From Candidatus Multivorans sp. (lineage in GTDB: Bacteria; Acidobacteriota; Thermoanaerobaculia; Multivoradales; Multivoraceae), in assembly GCA_965247095.1 (NCBI GenBank), contig OZ251997.1:992001-1056000 (forward strand): 64,000 nt of DNA, in the 5' to 3' direction. Each line of letters begins with the position of its first letter. Position 1 is the stretch's first letter. This document shows, piece after piece, positions 1 through 10,838 of this stretch. The notes below the pieces were generated by a model that searched no databases, was not told the DNA's origin, and worked only from the letters and a program-made list of their open reading frames with translations. The position numbers and the translations under genes were made by a program.

Positions 1-2835
1 GGCCTGCTCCCGGACGCTGCGCAGCCCTGCGATCGCGTCGTGGACCGCCGTCAACCGCGCCGACAGCCCGTCGAGCAACTGGTACTGCTCTTCAAGGTCG
101 GCTTGCGTGACGTCGTCGAGCCGGGGGTCGGCGACTACCTCGAAGGTGCGGCTGTCGCTCCAGGTTTCATCGACGGTTTCCGCATCCTCGGCGGCACTCC
201 CGACCTCGAGCGTTGCCCGGTAGGTCCCCGGGGGCAGGAAGGGGCCGCCGGTGTAGGACAGGGACATGATCGCGCCCTCGACCAGGTGGGGCGCCTGGTC
301 CTTCAGGTCCCATTCAACGCGATTGAGGCCCTTCTCTGCCTCGAAGGACTCGACCCGCGGGCGTTCGTCGTCGTGGTCCCTCTGAGGGTCTGCTGCCTGC
401 CCGGCGTCCTCCTCAGGAAGGGCGAGGAAGCGGCGCAGAACGCGCTCGCTGCCTTCGGGGGCGATCGTCAGTTCGACCGGGCCGTCGGGCGCCTCGGGAA
501 GGTGGAACCAGATCGAAGCGCCATTGACGAAGCCGCCGCCGCGCCCCGGCCGGTCGACGCGCACGGTCGGCTCGGGTGCGAACAGCCGGGGCGTGGCGCG
601 GCCGGCGCCGGCTGCCTGTTCCCGGGCGAGCTCCCGAACCACGCCGAGGTCGTCGAGCACCCAGAAGCTCCGCCCCTGGGTCGCCAGCACGAGGTCCGGG
701 TTGCCGACGCTGTGGTGGAGAGCCAAGTCGGTGACCGGCGTGCGCGGCAGGTTCAACTGGAAGGACTCCCAGGAGTCGCCGCGGTCGAACGAGGCGTAGA
801 GGCCGAACTCGGTGCCGGCGAAGAGCAGGCCGTCGGCCCCCGGATCCTCACGCACGACGCGGACGAAGTGATTCCCGGGCAGGCCCTCGGTGGCGGTGGT
901 CCAGGTGGCGCCGCCGTCGTCGGTACGGAAGATGTACGGCGCGTAGTCGTTCAGCCGGTAGCGGTAGGCCGCGACGTAGACCCGCGCCGGATCGTGATGG
1001 GAGATGTCGATCGAGTTCACCGTGCCGTCGACGGGCATTCCGGCCGGCGTGACCTCGGTCCAGGCGGCGCCGTTGTCCCGGCTGACGTGGATGCGGCCGT
1101 CGTCGCTGCCGGCCCAGATCTCGCCGGCCCGGTGCTGCGACTCGGCGAGCGCGAACACCGTGTTGTAGACCTCGACGCCGGTGTGATCGTGCTGGACCGG
1201 ACCGCCCGGCATGCCCTGTTTCTCGTCGTCGTCCGTGGTCAGGTCCGGCGAGATCGTCTCCCAGGTCCAACCGCCGTCGCGGGTGCGGTGCACGTAGTTC
1301 GAGGTGTGGTACACGACGTCGGGATCGTGCCGGGAGATCAGGATCGGCGCGTTCCACTGGAAGCGATAGCGCAGGTCGCGGGGTGCCGTTCCGTCCTGCA
1401 TCTCAGGGTAGAGGATCATGTTGCGGGCGGCGCCGCTGCGGTGGTCGTAGCGGTCGATGCGGCCGAGGTAGTTGCCCGAATAGACCAGGTGCGGCTGCTC
1501 GGGGTGAACCGCGATGTGGCCGCTCTCCGCGCCCGCCACCGAGTGCCAGTGCTGCGTCGGCGTCAGTTCGGGCATGGGGCGCGACGGCACCGAGATCGTG
1601 CTGTTGTCCTGCTGGGCGCCGTAGATGCGGTAGGGGAACTGATTGTCGACGGTGACCCGGTAGAACTCCGCGGTCGGCTGGTTGTTCTGGGTCGACCACG
1701 AGCGTCCGCCGTCGACGCTGACGTTGGCGCCGCCGTCGTTCGCCTGCACCATGATGTGGGGTTGTTCGGGGTTGATCCAGATGTCGTGGTTGTCGCCGTG
1801 GGGCGTGGCAACACGCTCCCAGTTGGCGCCGCCGTCGACCGAGCGGAAGAAACGGACGTTCGAGCCCCAGACCGTGTTCGGATCGGCGGGATCGGCGTAG
1901 ATGTGGCTGTAGTACCAGCCTCGGGTGAGCAGCTCGGGCTCGTCGCTCACCTTCTTCCAGGAATCGCCGTGGTCCTCGGAACGGAAGATGCCGCCGCGGC
2001 CGTTCTTGGCGGTGATGATCGTCCACAGGCGACCGCGCCGCGCCGGCGAGGCGGAGACGCCGATCCGGCCCAGCACGCCGGTCGGCAGGCCGCCTTCGAG
2101 GCGGTCCCAGGTGTCGCCGCCGTCGCTGGAGCGGAACAGGCCGCCCTCGTCGCTGCCGTCGATCAGGGTCCAGGGCTTGCGCTCGATGCGCCAGGCGGCG
2201 GCGTAGAGCACACGCGGATTGAAGGGGTCGAGCTCCAGATCGGCCATGCCGGCGTCGTCCGATATGTAGAGCATGTGCTCCCAGGTTCCGCCGCCGTCGG
2301 TCGAGCGGTAGACGCCCCGATCCGGGTTGCTGCCGAAGATCTGTCCGAGCACCGCAACCCAGAGGCGGTTCGGGTCGCCGGGATGGATCCGGATACGGCT
2401 GATTGCGCCCGCCCGCTCCAGGCCGATGTGCTGCCATGAGGCGCCGGCGTCGGTCGAGCGGTACATGCCGTCGCCGATCGATACGTTGCCGCGTGGACAC
2501 GCCGAGCCGGTGCCGACGTAGATCACGTTCGGGTCGCTCGGGGCGACCGCCACGGCGCCGACAGAACCTGCCCCGAAGTCGCCGTCGGTCAGATTCCGCC
2601 ATGTGCGGCCCGCGTTCGCGGTGCGCCATACGCCGCCGCCGGTCGACCCCATGTAGAAGGTGTAGGGGTGGGATGGATGGCCCGTTACCGCCGTCACCCG
2701 GCCGCCGCGGCTGGGCCCGACGAGGCGAAACTCGATTCCCTCAAAGGGACCGGACTCGACCTGGCTCCATGCCGGTCCCGCGGTGGCGGCGGCGACAGCG
2801 AGCGTGAGGGCGGCCGCTGGACGCGGGAATAACAT
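1..2835 (-). CDS. Secreted BNR/Asp-box repeat (VPS10/sortilin-like) glycosyl hydrolase-family protein, 3' end outside window
   Basis: Manual translation from ATG 2835: signal peptide MLFPRPAAALTLAVAAATAGPAWSQ, then FRLVGPSRGGRVTAVTG...FYMGSTGGGVWRT and repeated S/T-x-D-G-G-x-T/S-W boxes; absent from ORF track because it runs off the window. Confidence 0.85.
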   Translation of the reverse strand, partial: MLFPRPAAALTLAVAAATAGPAWSQVESGPFEGIEFRLVGPSRGGRVTAVTGHPSHPYTFYMGSTGGGVWRTANAGRTWRNLTDGDFGAGSVGAVAVAPSDPNVIYVGTGSACPRGNVSIGDGMYRSTDAGASWQHIGLERAGAISRIRIHPGDPNRLWVAVLGQIFGSNPDRGVYRSTDGGGTWEHMLYISDDAGMADLELDPFNPRVLYAAAWRIERKPWTLIDGSDEGGLFRSSDGGDTWDRLEGGLPTGVLGRIGVSASPARRGRLWTIITAKNGRGGIFRSEDHGDSWKKVSDEPELLTRGWYYSHIYADPADPNTVWGSNVRFFRSVDGGANWERVATPHGDNHDIWINPEQPHIMVQANDGGANVSVDGGRSWSTQNNQPTAEFYRVTVDNQFPYRIYGAQQDNSTISVPSRPMPELTPTQHWHSVAGAESGHIAVHPEQPHLVYSGNYLGRIDRYDHRSGAARNMILYPEMQDGTAPRDLRYRFQWNAPILISRHDPDVVYHTSNYVHRTRDGGWTWETISPDLTTDDDEKQGMPGGPVQHDHTGVEVYNTVFALAESQHRAGEIWAGSDDGRIHVSRDNGAAWTEVTPAGMPVDGTVNSIDISHHDPARVYVAAYRYRLNDYAPYIFRTDDGGATWTTATEGLPGNHFVRVVREDPGADGLLFAGTEFGLYASFDRGDSWESFQLNLPRTPVTDLALHHSVGNPDLVLATQGRSFWVLDDLGVVRELAREQAAGAGRATPRLFAPEPTVRVDRPGRGGGFVNGASIWFHLPEAPDGPVELTIAPEGSERVLRRFLALPEEDAGQAADPQRDHDDERPRVESFEAEKGLNRVEWDLKDQAPHLVEGAIMSLSYTGGPFLPPGTYRATLEVGSAAEDAETVDETWSDSRTFEVVADPRLDDVTQADLEEQYQLLDGLSARLTAVHDAIAGLRSVREQA

Positions 2836-2886
2836 CAGTCCGGCGAGTCTATCGGGGCCTCGTTGGACTGTTACATTCACGCCGTC

Positions 2887-3798
2887 GTGAGCACCCAGCC
2901 TGCCGCCAGGCAGACCCTTGTCATCTACACCGACGGCGGCGCCAGCCCCAACCCGGGTCCCGGCGGCTGGGCGGTGGTGATCCTCGATCCCGGCGGGCGC
3001 CCGCGGGAACTCGCGGGCGGCGCTCCGAGCACGACGAACAACCGCATGGAGCTCCAGGCGGCGATCTCCGCGCTTGCCGATCTGTCCGAACCGAGCGCGG
3101 TAGACCTCTACACGGACTCCCAGTACGTCCGCCAGGGGATCACGTCGTGGCTGGCTCGTTGGCGCGCCCAGAACTGGCGCCGGCGCGACGGCGGGGCGGT
3201 CAAGAACGTGGACCTGTGGCGGCGCCTGGAAGGTCTGAACAAGCGCCACCGCGTCCACTGGCACTGGGTCAAGGGCCATGCCGGGAACGAGTGGAACGAG
3301 CGGGTCGATGCCCTGGCGAGCGCCGAGATCGCGGCTCGAGGGGGCGGCGCCGCCGCGGAACCCGACGCCGAAGTGGAGATTCCGCCCGGCAGCGCGCGAA
3401 TCTTCCTGAAGGTCCGATGCGTCGGCGACCGCGGCGTGTGGGCGGCGGAGTTGGAGACGCCGGACGGCTCGGACCGGCGAACAGGACGGGCGTCGGAAAC
3501 GACTCCGAACCGCCTGGAGCTCACCTGTGTTCTCGATCTGCTCGCCGCGCTGCCCGCCGGACAGCCGGCGGCCGTCTACACCGGCAACGACTACCTGCGG
3601 CGCGGCGCCTCGCTGTGGATCCACTCCTGGAAGCGCAACCGGTGGCGCACGAAGACCGGCGGGCAGGTCAAGAACGCCGAACTCTGGCATCGGCTCGACC
3701 GGCAGCTCGAGGACCGGCGGGTGATCTGGCCGCCGCCGGTTGGTGAAGCCGCGGAGCGGTTGGCGGAACTGAAGGACAGAGTGCGCGAGCTCTTCTAA
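2887..3798 (+). CDS. rnhA: Ribonuclease HI with a second degenerate RNase H domain
   Basis: YTDGG, TTNNRMEL, YTDSQYV, KNVDLW, WVKGHAG, NERVDALA motifs; C-terminal half repeats the pattern; GTG start chosen. Confidence 0.9.
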   Translation: MSTQPAARQTLVIYTDGGASPNPGPGGWAVVILDPGGRPRELAGGAPSTTNNRMELQAAISALADLSEPSAVDLYTDSQYVRQGITSWLARWRAQNWRRRDGGAVKNVDLWRRLEGLNKRHRVHWHWVKGHAGNEWNERVDALASAEIAARGGGAAAEPDAEVEIPPGSARIFLKVRCVGDRGVWAAELETPDGSDRRTGRASETTPNRLELTCVLDLLAALPAGQPAAVYTGNDYLRRGASLWIHSWKRNRWRTKTGGQVKNAELWHRLDRQLEDRRVIWPPPVGEAAERLAELKDRVRELF

Positions 3799-3832
3799 GC
3801 GGACCCTCCGTGGCACTCTGCCGAGCAGGCTC

Positions 3833-5422
<1,590 letters not shown>

Positions 5423-5584
5423 GGTGCGGTTGTCCTGCGGTGCGCGGGTTGCGCCGCGGCGGGGCGGGTGAGTTTGGCAGCGGCCGCGTCCGCAGTCGGC
5501 GCGCGCCGGCTGGCGGAGTCTATAGTCGGGCCCCCTCGGCGCCCGCCAGAATGCGCGCCCGTTCGATCGACCAGAGGTAACCGC

Positions 5585-6772
5585 ATGAGTGATCTATCCG
5601 TGTTTCGAGAGGAGGCCCGCGCCTGGGTCGAAGCGAACGCACCCGAGTTCCTGCGGGGCAAGGCGGCCGATCCGAACGCCTGGGCGTCCGGCGGCCGCAA
5701 GGCGCCGTTCATCTACCCCGAGAGCCGCGACTGGCTGCTGGCGGCGGCCGACCGCGGCTTCTCGGCGCCGACCTGGCCGCAGGAGTACGGCGGCGCCGGT
5801 CTCTCGCGCGACGAGGCGCTGGTTCTGCACGAGGAGTTCGCGCGCCTCGAGCTGCCGGTGCCGCTCACGGGATTCGGCTACAGCATGATCGGCCCGACGT
5901 TGCTCGATCACGGCACTGCGGCGCAGAAGGCTGAACATCTGCCGAAGATCGCTCGCGGCGAGATCCGCTGGTGCCAGGGTTACTCGGAGCCGAACGCGGG
6001 CTCCGACCTCGCCTCGCTGGCGACCTCGGCGGTGCGGGACGGCGACTTCTACGTCATCAACGGCCAGAAGATCTGGACCTCGGGCGCCGACCAGGCGGAC
6101 TGGATCTTCATGCTCGTGCGGACCGACCCGGACGTCAAGAAGCAGCGCGGCATCACCTTTCTCCTCGTCGACATGGCATCGCCTGGGGTCGAGGCACGGC
6201 CGATTCGGCTGATCAGCGGCGCCTCGCCCTTCTGCGAGACCTTCTTCCACAACGTGCGGGCGCCGGTCCACCAGGTAGTGGGCGAGGTCAACGGCGGCTG
6301 GACGGTGGCGAAGGCCTTGCTCGGTCACGAACGCTCTTCGATCGGCGGCATGGGACGGGGCGGGGGCCGAACGTCCCTGCCGGACCTGGCGCGCGACTAT
6401 GTCGGCGTCGACGAGGCGGGGCGGATCGACGATCCAGCGCTCCGCGAACGGGTCATCCGGTGCGAGATGGACGCGATGTCCTACGGCCTGACGGTCAGGC
6501 GTCACAGCGACGGTCTCGAGGCCGGACACAAACCTGGCCCGGAGAGCTCGCTGTTCAAGTACTACGGCACGGAGCTGAACATGCGCCGCGAGGAACTGAT
6601 GCTCTCGATCCGGGGTCCCCAGGCCCTGGGCTGGGAAGGCGAAGGCTTCGAGCCCGCGGAGTTGAACCAGACCCGGACCTGGCTCCGTTCCCGGGCGAAC
6701 AGCATCGAGGGCGGCACCTCGGAGATTCAACTCAATATCATCGCGAAGCGCGTGCTGGGGCTCCCGGACTGA
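5585..6772 (+). CDS. Acyl-CoA dehydrogenase (catalytic-type subunit)
   Basis: WCQGYSEPNAGSDLASL, NGQKIWTS, SIEGGTSEIQLNIIAKRVLGL; ATG 5585 after AGAGG. Confidence 0.93.
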   Translation: MSDLSVFREEARAWVEANAPEFLRGKAADPNAWASGGRKAPFIYPESRDWLLAAADRGFSAPTWPQEYGGAGLSRDEALVLHEEFARLELPVPLTGFGYSMIGPTLLDHGTAAQKAEHLPKIARGEIRWCQGYSEPNAGSDLASLATSAVRDGDFYVINGQKIWTSGADQADWIFMLVRTDPDVKKQRGITFLLVDMASPGVEARPIRLISGASPFCETFFHNVRAPVHQVVGEVNGGWTVAKALLGHERSSIGGMGRGGGRTSLPDLARDYVGVDEAGRIDDPALRERVIRCEMDAMSYGLTVRRHSDGLEAGHKPGPESSLFKYYGTELNMRREELMLSIRGPQALGWEGEGFEPAELNQTRTWLRSRANSIEGGTSEIQLNIIAKRVLGLPD

Positions 6773-7905
6773 TGGCTACTCTGGTTCTCACCGCTCCCCA
6801 GAACATGCTCGCCCGCACCGCGGCCGAGCTGGTGCAGAAGCACGGCGGCGTTGACCGCCAACGGCAACTCCGCGACGAGGGCGGCGAACTCGCCTACAGC
6901 CCCGACGTATGGGCCGAGATGGCCGATCTCGGTTGGCTTGGCATCCCCTTCGCCGAAGATCACGGAGGCCTCGGCATGGGCATGGCCGAGACCGTGTTGA
7001 TCACGGAGGCGATGGGCCGCGGACTGGCGCCGGAGCCCTACGTTTCGGCCGTTGTCCTGGCTGGCGGCTTGCTCGCGGATGCTGGAAGCGCGGAGCAGCA
7101 GGCGGAGTGGCTGAGCCCTCTGATCGATGGCGGGAACCGGCTGGCGCCAGCCCTGCTGGAGCCGGGTGGCCGCTACCGGTTGGAGCGGATCGACACTCAG
7201 GCGCGGGCGAACGGTGGGGGTTGGTCCCTGTTCGGCGAGAAGATCCAGGTCGTCGGCGGCGTCGGCGCCGACGGATTCCTGGTTCCGGCGAGAGTCGGCG
7301 ACGACGACGGTCTGACGTTGTTCCTGGTGCCGGCGGGCGCGGCGGGCCTCAAGGTCGTGGCTCAGAGACGCGTCGACTCCCGTAACGCGGCGATCGTCAG
7401 GCTGGACGGCGTCAGCATTGGGGCCGGTGATGTCCTGGGCAAGATCGGCGGCGGATCGGCGCCGCTCCAGCGCGCGGTCGATCGGGCCACGGTGGCGCTC
7501 TGCGGCGAGATGCTCGGTCTGATGACGGAAGCCTTCGAGCGCACGATCGAGTATCTGAAGTCGCGCAGCCAGTTCGGCGTGCTGATCGGAACCTTCCAGG
7601 CGCTCAAGCACAGGGCCGCGAAGATGTTCATCGAGATTGAACTCTCCCGCTCGACCGTCATGGCGGCAGCGCGCGCGCTCGACGCCGGCGACGGCGACGC
7701 CCGACTCCAGGTCTCCAACGCGAAGGCGCGCTGCTCCGACGCGCTCATCCTGGTCACCAACGAGGCCCTGCAGATGCATGGCGGCATCGGTATGACCGAC
7801 GAGCACGACATCGGCCTGTTCATGAAGCGGGCCCGGGCGCTCGAGTTCGCCTTCGGCGACGCCGCGTTCCACCGCCAGCGTTTCGCCGCGCTGCGCGGCT
7901 TCTGA
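6772..7905 (+). CDS. Acyl-CoA dehydrogenase (partner subunit)
   Basis: RSQFGVLIGTFQALKHR, ALQMHGGIGMTDE; TGATG coupling to upstream gene. Confidence 0.92.
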   Translation: MATLVLTAPQNMLARTAAELVQKHGGVDRQRQLRDEGGELAYSPDVWAEMADLGWLGIPFAEDHGGLGMGMAETVLITEAMGRGLAPEPYVSAVVLAGGLLADAGSAEQQAEWLSPLIDGGNRLAPALLEPGGRYRLERIDTQARANGGGWSLFGEKIQVVGGVGADGFLVPARVGDDDGLTLFLVPAGAAGLKVVAQRRVDSRNAAIVRLDGVSIGAGDVLGKIGGGSAPLQRAVDRATVALCGEMLGLMTEAFERTIEYLKSRSQFGVLIGTFQALKHRAAKMFIEIELSRSTVMAAARALDAGDGDARLQVSNAKARCSDALILVTNEALQMHGGIGMTDEHDIGLFMKRARALEFAFGDAAFHRQRFAALRGF

Positions 7906-7927
7906 GTCGCAGCGTCGCCCTAGCGCG

Positions 7928-8422
7928 TCAACTCACGATCCGGTCGGGATTCATGCCCGAGCAGCCGTCGTGCTTCGCGGCTGTCGAGCAACGTCCGGTG
8001 TAGCAGGAATCGCCGGCGAAGCCCTCGGGGCGGAGGTTGCCGATCCAGCGCTCGACATTCGCCTGGACCTCGGCTGCGGACTGGCCGTGTTCGGCGATCA
8101 GGACCTTCGACAGTCCCCACCAGGCCCGGGCCAGGTTGCAGGTGCAGCAGCAGGTGTATGCGGTGCGGTCGTTGCAGCATGGAGCGGGAATCGGCGTCAG
8201 CGCGGCGCGATGGATTTCCTCCTGCTCCGAGGTCAGTTCGATCCTGGCGTCGTGCTCGATCAGCTCTTCCATCGGCAGCGCGAGAACCGCCGCGAGGGGG
8301 TCGTAGACGACTACACCTGTGGCCGTCGTCGAGGAGTCGCCGCAAGACCAGAACGCCAGCGCGGTGAGGATTACCGGTGCGGTTCCGGCGAGTCGGCGGA
8401 GACGATCAGCGGGAGGGATCAT
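7928..8422 (-). CDS. Cysteine-rich hypothetical lipoprotein
   Basis: Hydrophobic leader ending LAFWSC (lipobox-like); PCCNDRTAYTCCCTCN and CYTGRC...GC motifs; start at MIPP inferred. Confidence 0.6.
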   Translation of the reverse strand: MIPPADRLRRLAGTAPVILTALAFWSCGDSSTTATGVVVYDPLAAVLALPMEELIEHDARIELTSEQEEIHRAALTPIPAPCCNDRTAYTCCCTCNLARAWWGLSKVLIAEHGQSAAEVQANVERWIGNLRPEGFAGDSCYTGRCSTAAKHDGCSGMNPDRIVS

Positions 8423-8489
8423 GGCGCGCGATCTTACCCCCGGTGTCCGCCGTTGCGAAGTTCCGGCGGGTGCGGGCGCGAGCCCTGGT

Positions 8490-8939
8490 TCAGGGAGTCC
8501 GTACCAAGGTGGACTCGAGCGAGGGTACGCGCAGGTAGTCCCGGTCGGATGTAAGCAGGTGGCCGTGACATTCGAGCGTGGTGGCTGCGATCCAGACATC
8601 GTTCACGGGAATCGGCGTACCGGCCGCCCGGAGCGAGACGAAGACGCGGGCGTAGTGGCGAACTGTTCCAGGCGTCACGTTGAGCACGCTGACGAAGGGC
8701 AAGGCCAGAAATTCGGCGAGCACGCGGCGGTTCTCGGCGGCGCGGCTACCGCGCTGGAAAGCCGCTTCAAGCTCTCCGAGAACGATGACCGGAACCGAAA
8801 CCTGAACGGCAGCCGTGAGGCGGGCGAGTACCTGAGGGTGTCCCTTGCGGAAGTGGGAGTAGGCGCTGGTGTCGAGCACGAGTCGCTCGATCGACGCCGA
8901 TGTCCCGCTGCTGGCGCCCGAGGTGACTCGCTCCGTCAC
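8490..8939 (-). CDS. vapC: VapC/PIN-domain toxin
   Basis: LVLDTSAY, VLGEL, PIPVNDVWIAA, LLTSDRDY. Confidence 0.92.
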   Translation of the reverse strand: MTERVTSGASSGTSASIERLVLDTSAYSHFRKGHPQVLARLTAAVQVSVPVIVLGELEAAFQRGSRAAENRRVLAEFLALPFVSVLNVTPGTVRHYARVFVSLRAAGTPIPVNDVWIAATTLECHGHLLTSDRDYLRVPSLESTLVRTP

Positions 8940-8955
8940 GTCGCGGCCGCGGTCT

Positions 8956-9201
8956 TCATTCCCAGAGCCGCCGGTCGACCACCCGTTGTTCGGCCAGTGC
9001 GGCGTTGAACTCCTGGGCGTCTTCTTCGGTCCAGGTGGCGTAGCGGAGAAGTTGGGCTCTACGGGCGTCCGGTCCCACGGCTTCGCGGAGCACTTGGAGT
9101 ACGGTGGCGTTAAGGCTCTCTCCTCGCTCCGCGCTGATCGCGCGCAGTCGTCGTGCGAGGTCCGGGTCCACGTTGCGGATAGTAAGTTGCGATGAAGGCA
9201 T
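8956..9201 (-). CDS. Ribbon-helix-helix antitoxin (FitA/VapB-like)
   Basis: QLTIRNVDPDL...SLNATVLQVL; 81 aa directly upstream of PIN toxin. Confidence 0.85.
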   Translation of the reverse strand: MPSSQLTIRNVDPDLARRLRAISAERGESLNATVLQVLREAVGPDARRAQLLRYATWTEEDAQEFNAALAEQRVVDRRLWE

Positions 9202-9239
9202 GACAGCGCGACTATGCAGTCATGCTGTCATCGTGTCAA
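9200..9239 (-). promoter_or_regulatory. Sigma70-type promoter and palindromic operator of TA operon
   Basis: Minus strand TTGACA(9239-9234)-N17-CATAGT(9216-9211); inverted repeat ATGACAGC..GACT/AGTC..GCTGTCAT spanning 9200-9231. Confidence 0.7.
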
Positions 9240-9272
9240 CCTGGTCCGTGGCGAGGAGCTTTCCTGTCGAGC

Positions 9273-10700
9273 TCAATCCAACGCGGCGGATCGGCTACAT
9301 GCCGCGCCTGAGAGTTCGTGCACTCCGTACGCGGCCCAGTAGAAGGGGTGGGAGGCATCGAACTCGACCGGCTCGTGACCTCCCCCCTGGTCGAATCGAA
9401 GTGGCTCGGCGAGGAGCGTCAACTGCGCTTCGCGGAGTGCGGTGGAGGGCGGCGCGCCAAGTTCGAGGCGGCGGTAGAAGACTTCGAACAGCTTGGTTGC
9501 CGTTTCGTCTACGACCGGCCATAGCGAGCTGATGACGGAAGCGGCGCCGGCGGTGTGGAAGGCGTCGACGAAGGGGTTCGGCCCGAAGCCCGTGCCGCCC
9601 GAGTCGAGGCCGGAGAGCACGACCACCGAATCTCGACCGAGCTCAAGATCCGAGGCCAGGGCGCCGACGGCCACGCGGAGCGCCTGCTGGTCGTAGCGGC
9701 TCGGCGAGAGCAGCAGCGCCGAAGCGGCAGGATCCCCGGCGTCGACGATCGCTTCGACAGCAAGGTGGAGGACCTGGATGCGGTGGCTGGCGCTCAGATC
9801 CCACAGCGCGGCCGGGGTGGCCGCCTGGCCGAACGCGGTCACGTTCATCAGGCCGAGCGCCTCAGGCGCCTGGGACTGGTTCCGGCGCGCGGCGTGCCGG
9901 CGCCAGGAGATGCCGCCATCGCTCATGGAAGCGCCGAGCGGGCGCGCCGGGGGCCGGTACACGGCGTCCGCGATGGCGGCGGCCACCGGCGCCTGCTGCC
10001 GGCGTTCACCTTCGGTTGCTGTCTGAAGGCGGACCCCGCCCGGAGTCAACCAGCACAGCTCCCTCGTCTCGATCAGGTACCGACCCTCGGGGTCGATGGA
10101 TCGCGGGGCGCGGATGGCGCCGAAGGGCAACTCGACCAGAGGACCGTTGGCCAGCAGCACCACCCGCGAGGTCCCGCGCAACTGGTCGGCGGCCGGAGCG
10201 AGCAGCTTGCGACCCAGCACGTCGCCGAGTCGGACGATCTGGCCCAGGGACGCCCGCGGTCGGAGCAGCGAGAGGCCGCGGAGCTCGGCGATGAGCGGCG
10301 TCAGCTCCTCGGCGGTCGTGTCCAGGGTCTTCGTCACCGGTGGGAGGCCGGGCCTGCCCGGCACGACGGCGAGCCGCACCCGGCGCCCGGGCGAGGCATC
10401 GAAGATCAGGGTCGTCGTGTCGTCAGAGGCCGGCCGGAGATCGGCCTCGAAGCGGGCGTCCGCGGATGGCGACGGCGCCCCGTTCCGGGTGGCCGCTTCG
10501 TCGCCGAGGGCCGATCGGCGCATCTCCCGCCGGCTCGACTCGACCGCTTCGACGATCTCGGCCGCGGCCGTCCAGTCGGTCCGCGTCTCGGGATCGCCGC
10601 CGCTCTCGGAACCGGCGGTCGCCCCGCCCGGCAGCATCGCGCCGAGCAGGACCGCTCCTGTCCAGGCGGCGGTGGACCGCCAGACAGCGTCGTTCCTCAT
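9273..10700 (-). CDS. Exported CHAT-domain protein, catalytic dyad substituted
   Basis: GPLVELPFGAI, YLIE, SVISSLWPVVD, FYRRL, ALREAQL, HPFYWAAY; N-terminal signal-like segment; start uncertain (10700 or 10730). Confidence 0.75.
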   Translation of the reverse strand: MRNDAVWRSTAAWTGAVLLGAMLPGGATAGSESGGDPETRTDWTAAAEIVEAVESSRREMRRSALGDEAATRNGAPSPSADARFEADLRPASDDTTTLIFDASPGRRVRLAVVPGRPGLPPVTKTLDTTAEELTPLIAELRGLSLLRPRASLGQIVRLGDVLGRKLLAPAADQLRGTSRVVLLANGPLVELPFGAIRAPRSIDPEGRYLIETRELCWLTPGGVRLQTATEGERRQQAPVAAAIADAVYRPPARPLGASMSDGGISWRRHAARRNQSQAPEALGLMNVTAFGQAATPAALWDLSASHRIQVLHLAVEAIVDAGDPAASALLLSPSRYDQQALRVAVGALASDLELGRDSVVVLSGLDSGGTGFGPNPFVDAFHTAGAASVISSLWPVVDETATKLFEVFYRRLELGAPPSTALREAQLTLLAEPLRFDQGGGHEPVEFDASHPFYWAAYGVHELSGAACSRSAALD

Positions 10701-10838
10701 CCTCGACCGGAAAGACATGATCCGGGGCATTCTTGTATCAGAGCAGGGTGCTGAGCCGGTGGGTGCGACGGGCGCCGCGTCGGATCGGTCGACGCTTCGG
10801 AGCGGGAAGGAGCGTCGGCGAGTACGATCCCGGGAGCG

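Noticed and set aside
40-2439. 799-aa plus-strand ORF
   Set aside because: Antisense shadow of the minus-strand BNR-repeat gene; no motifs
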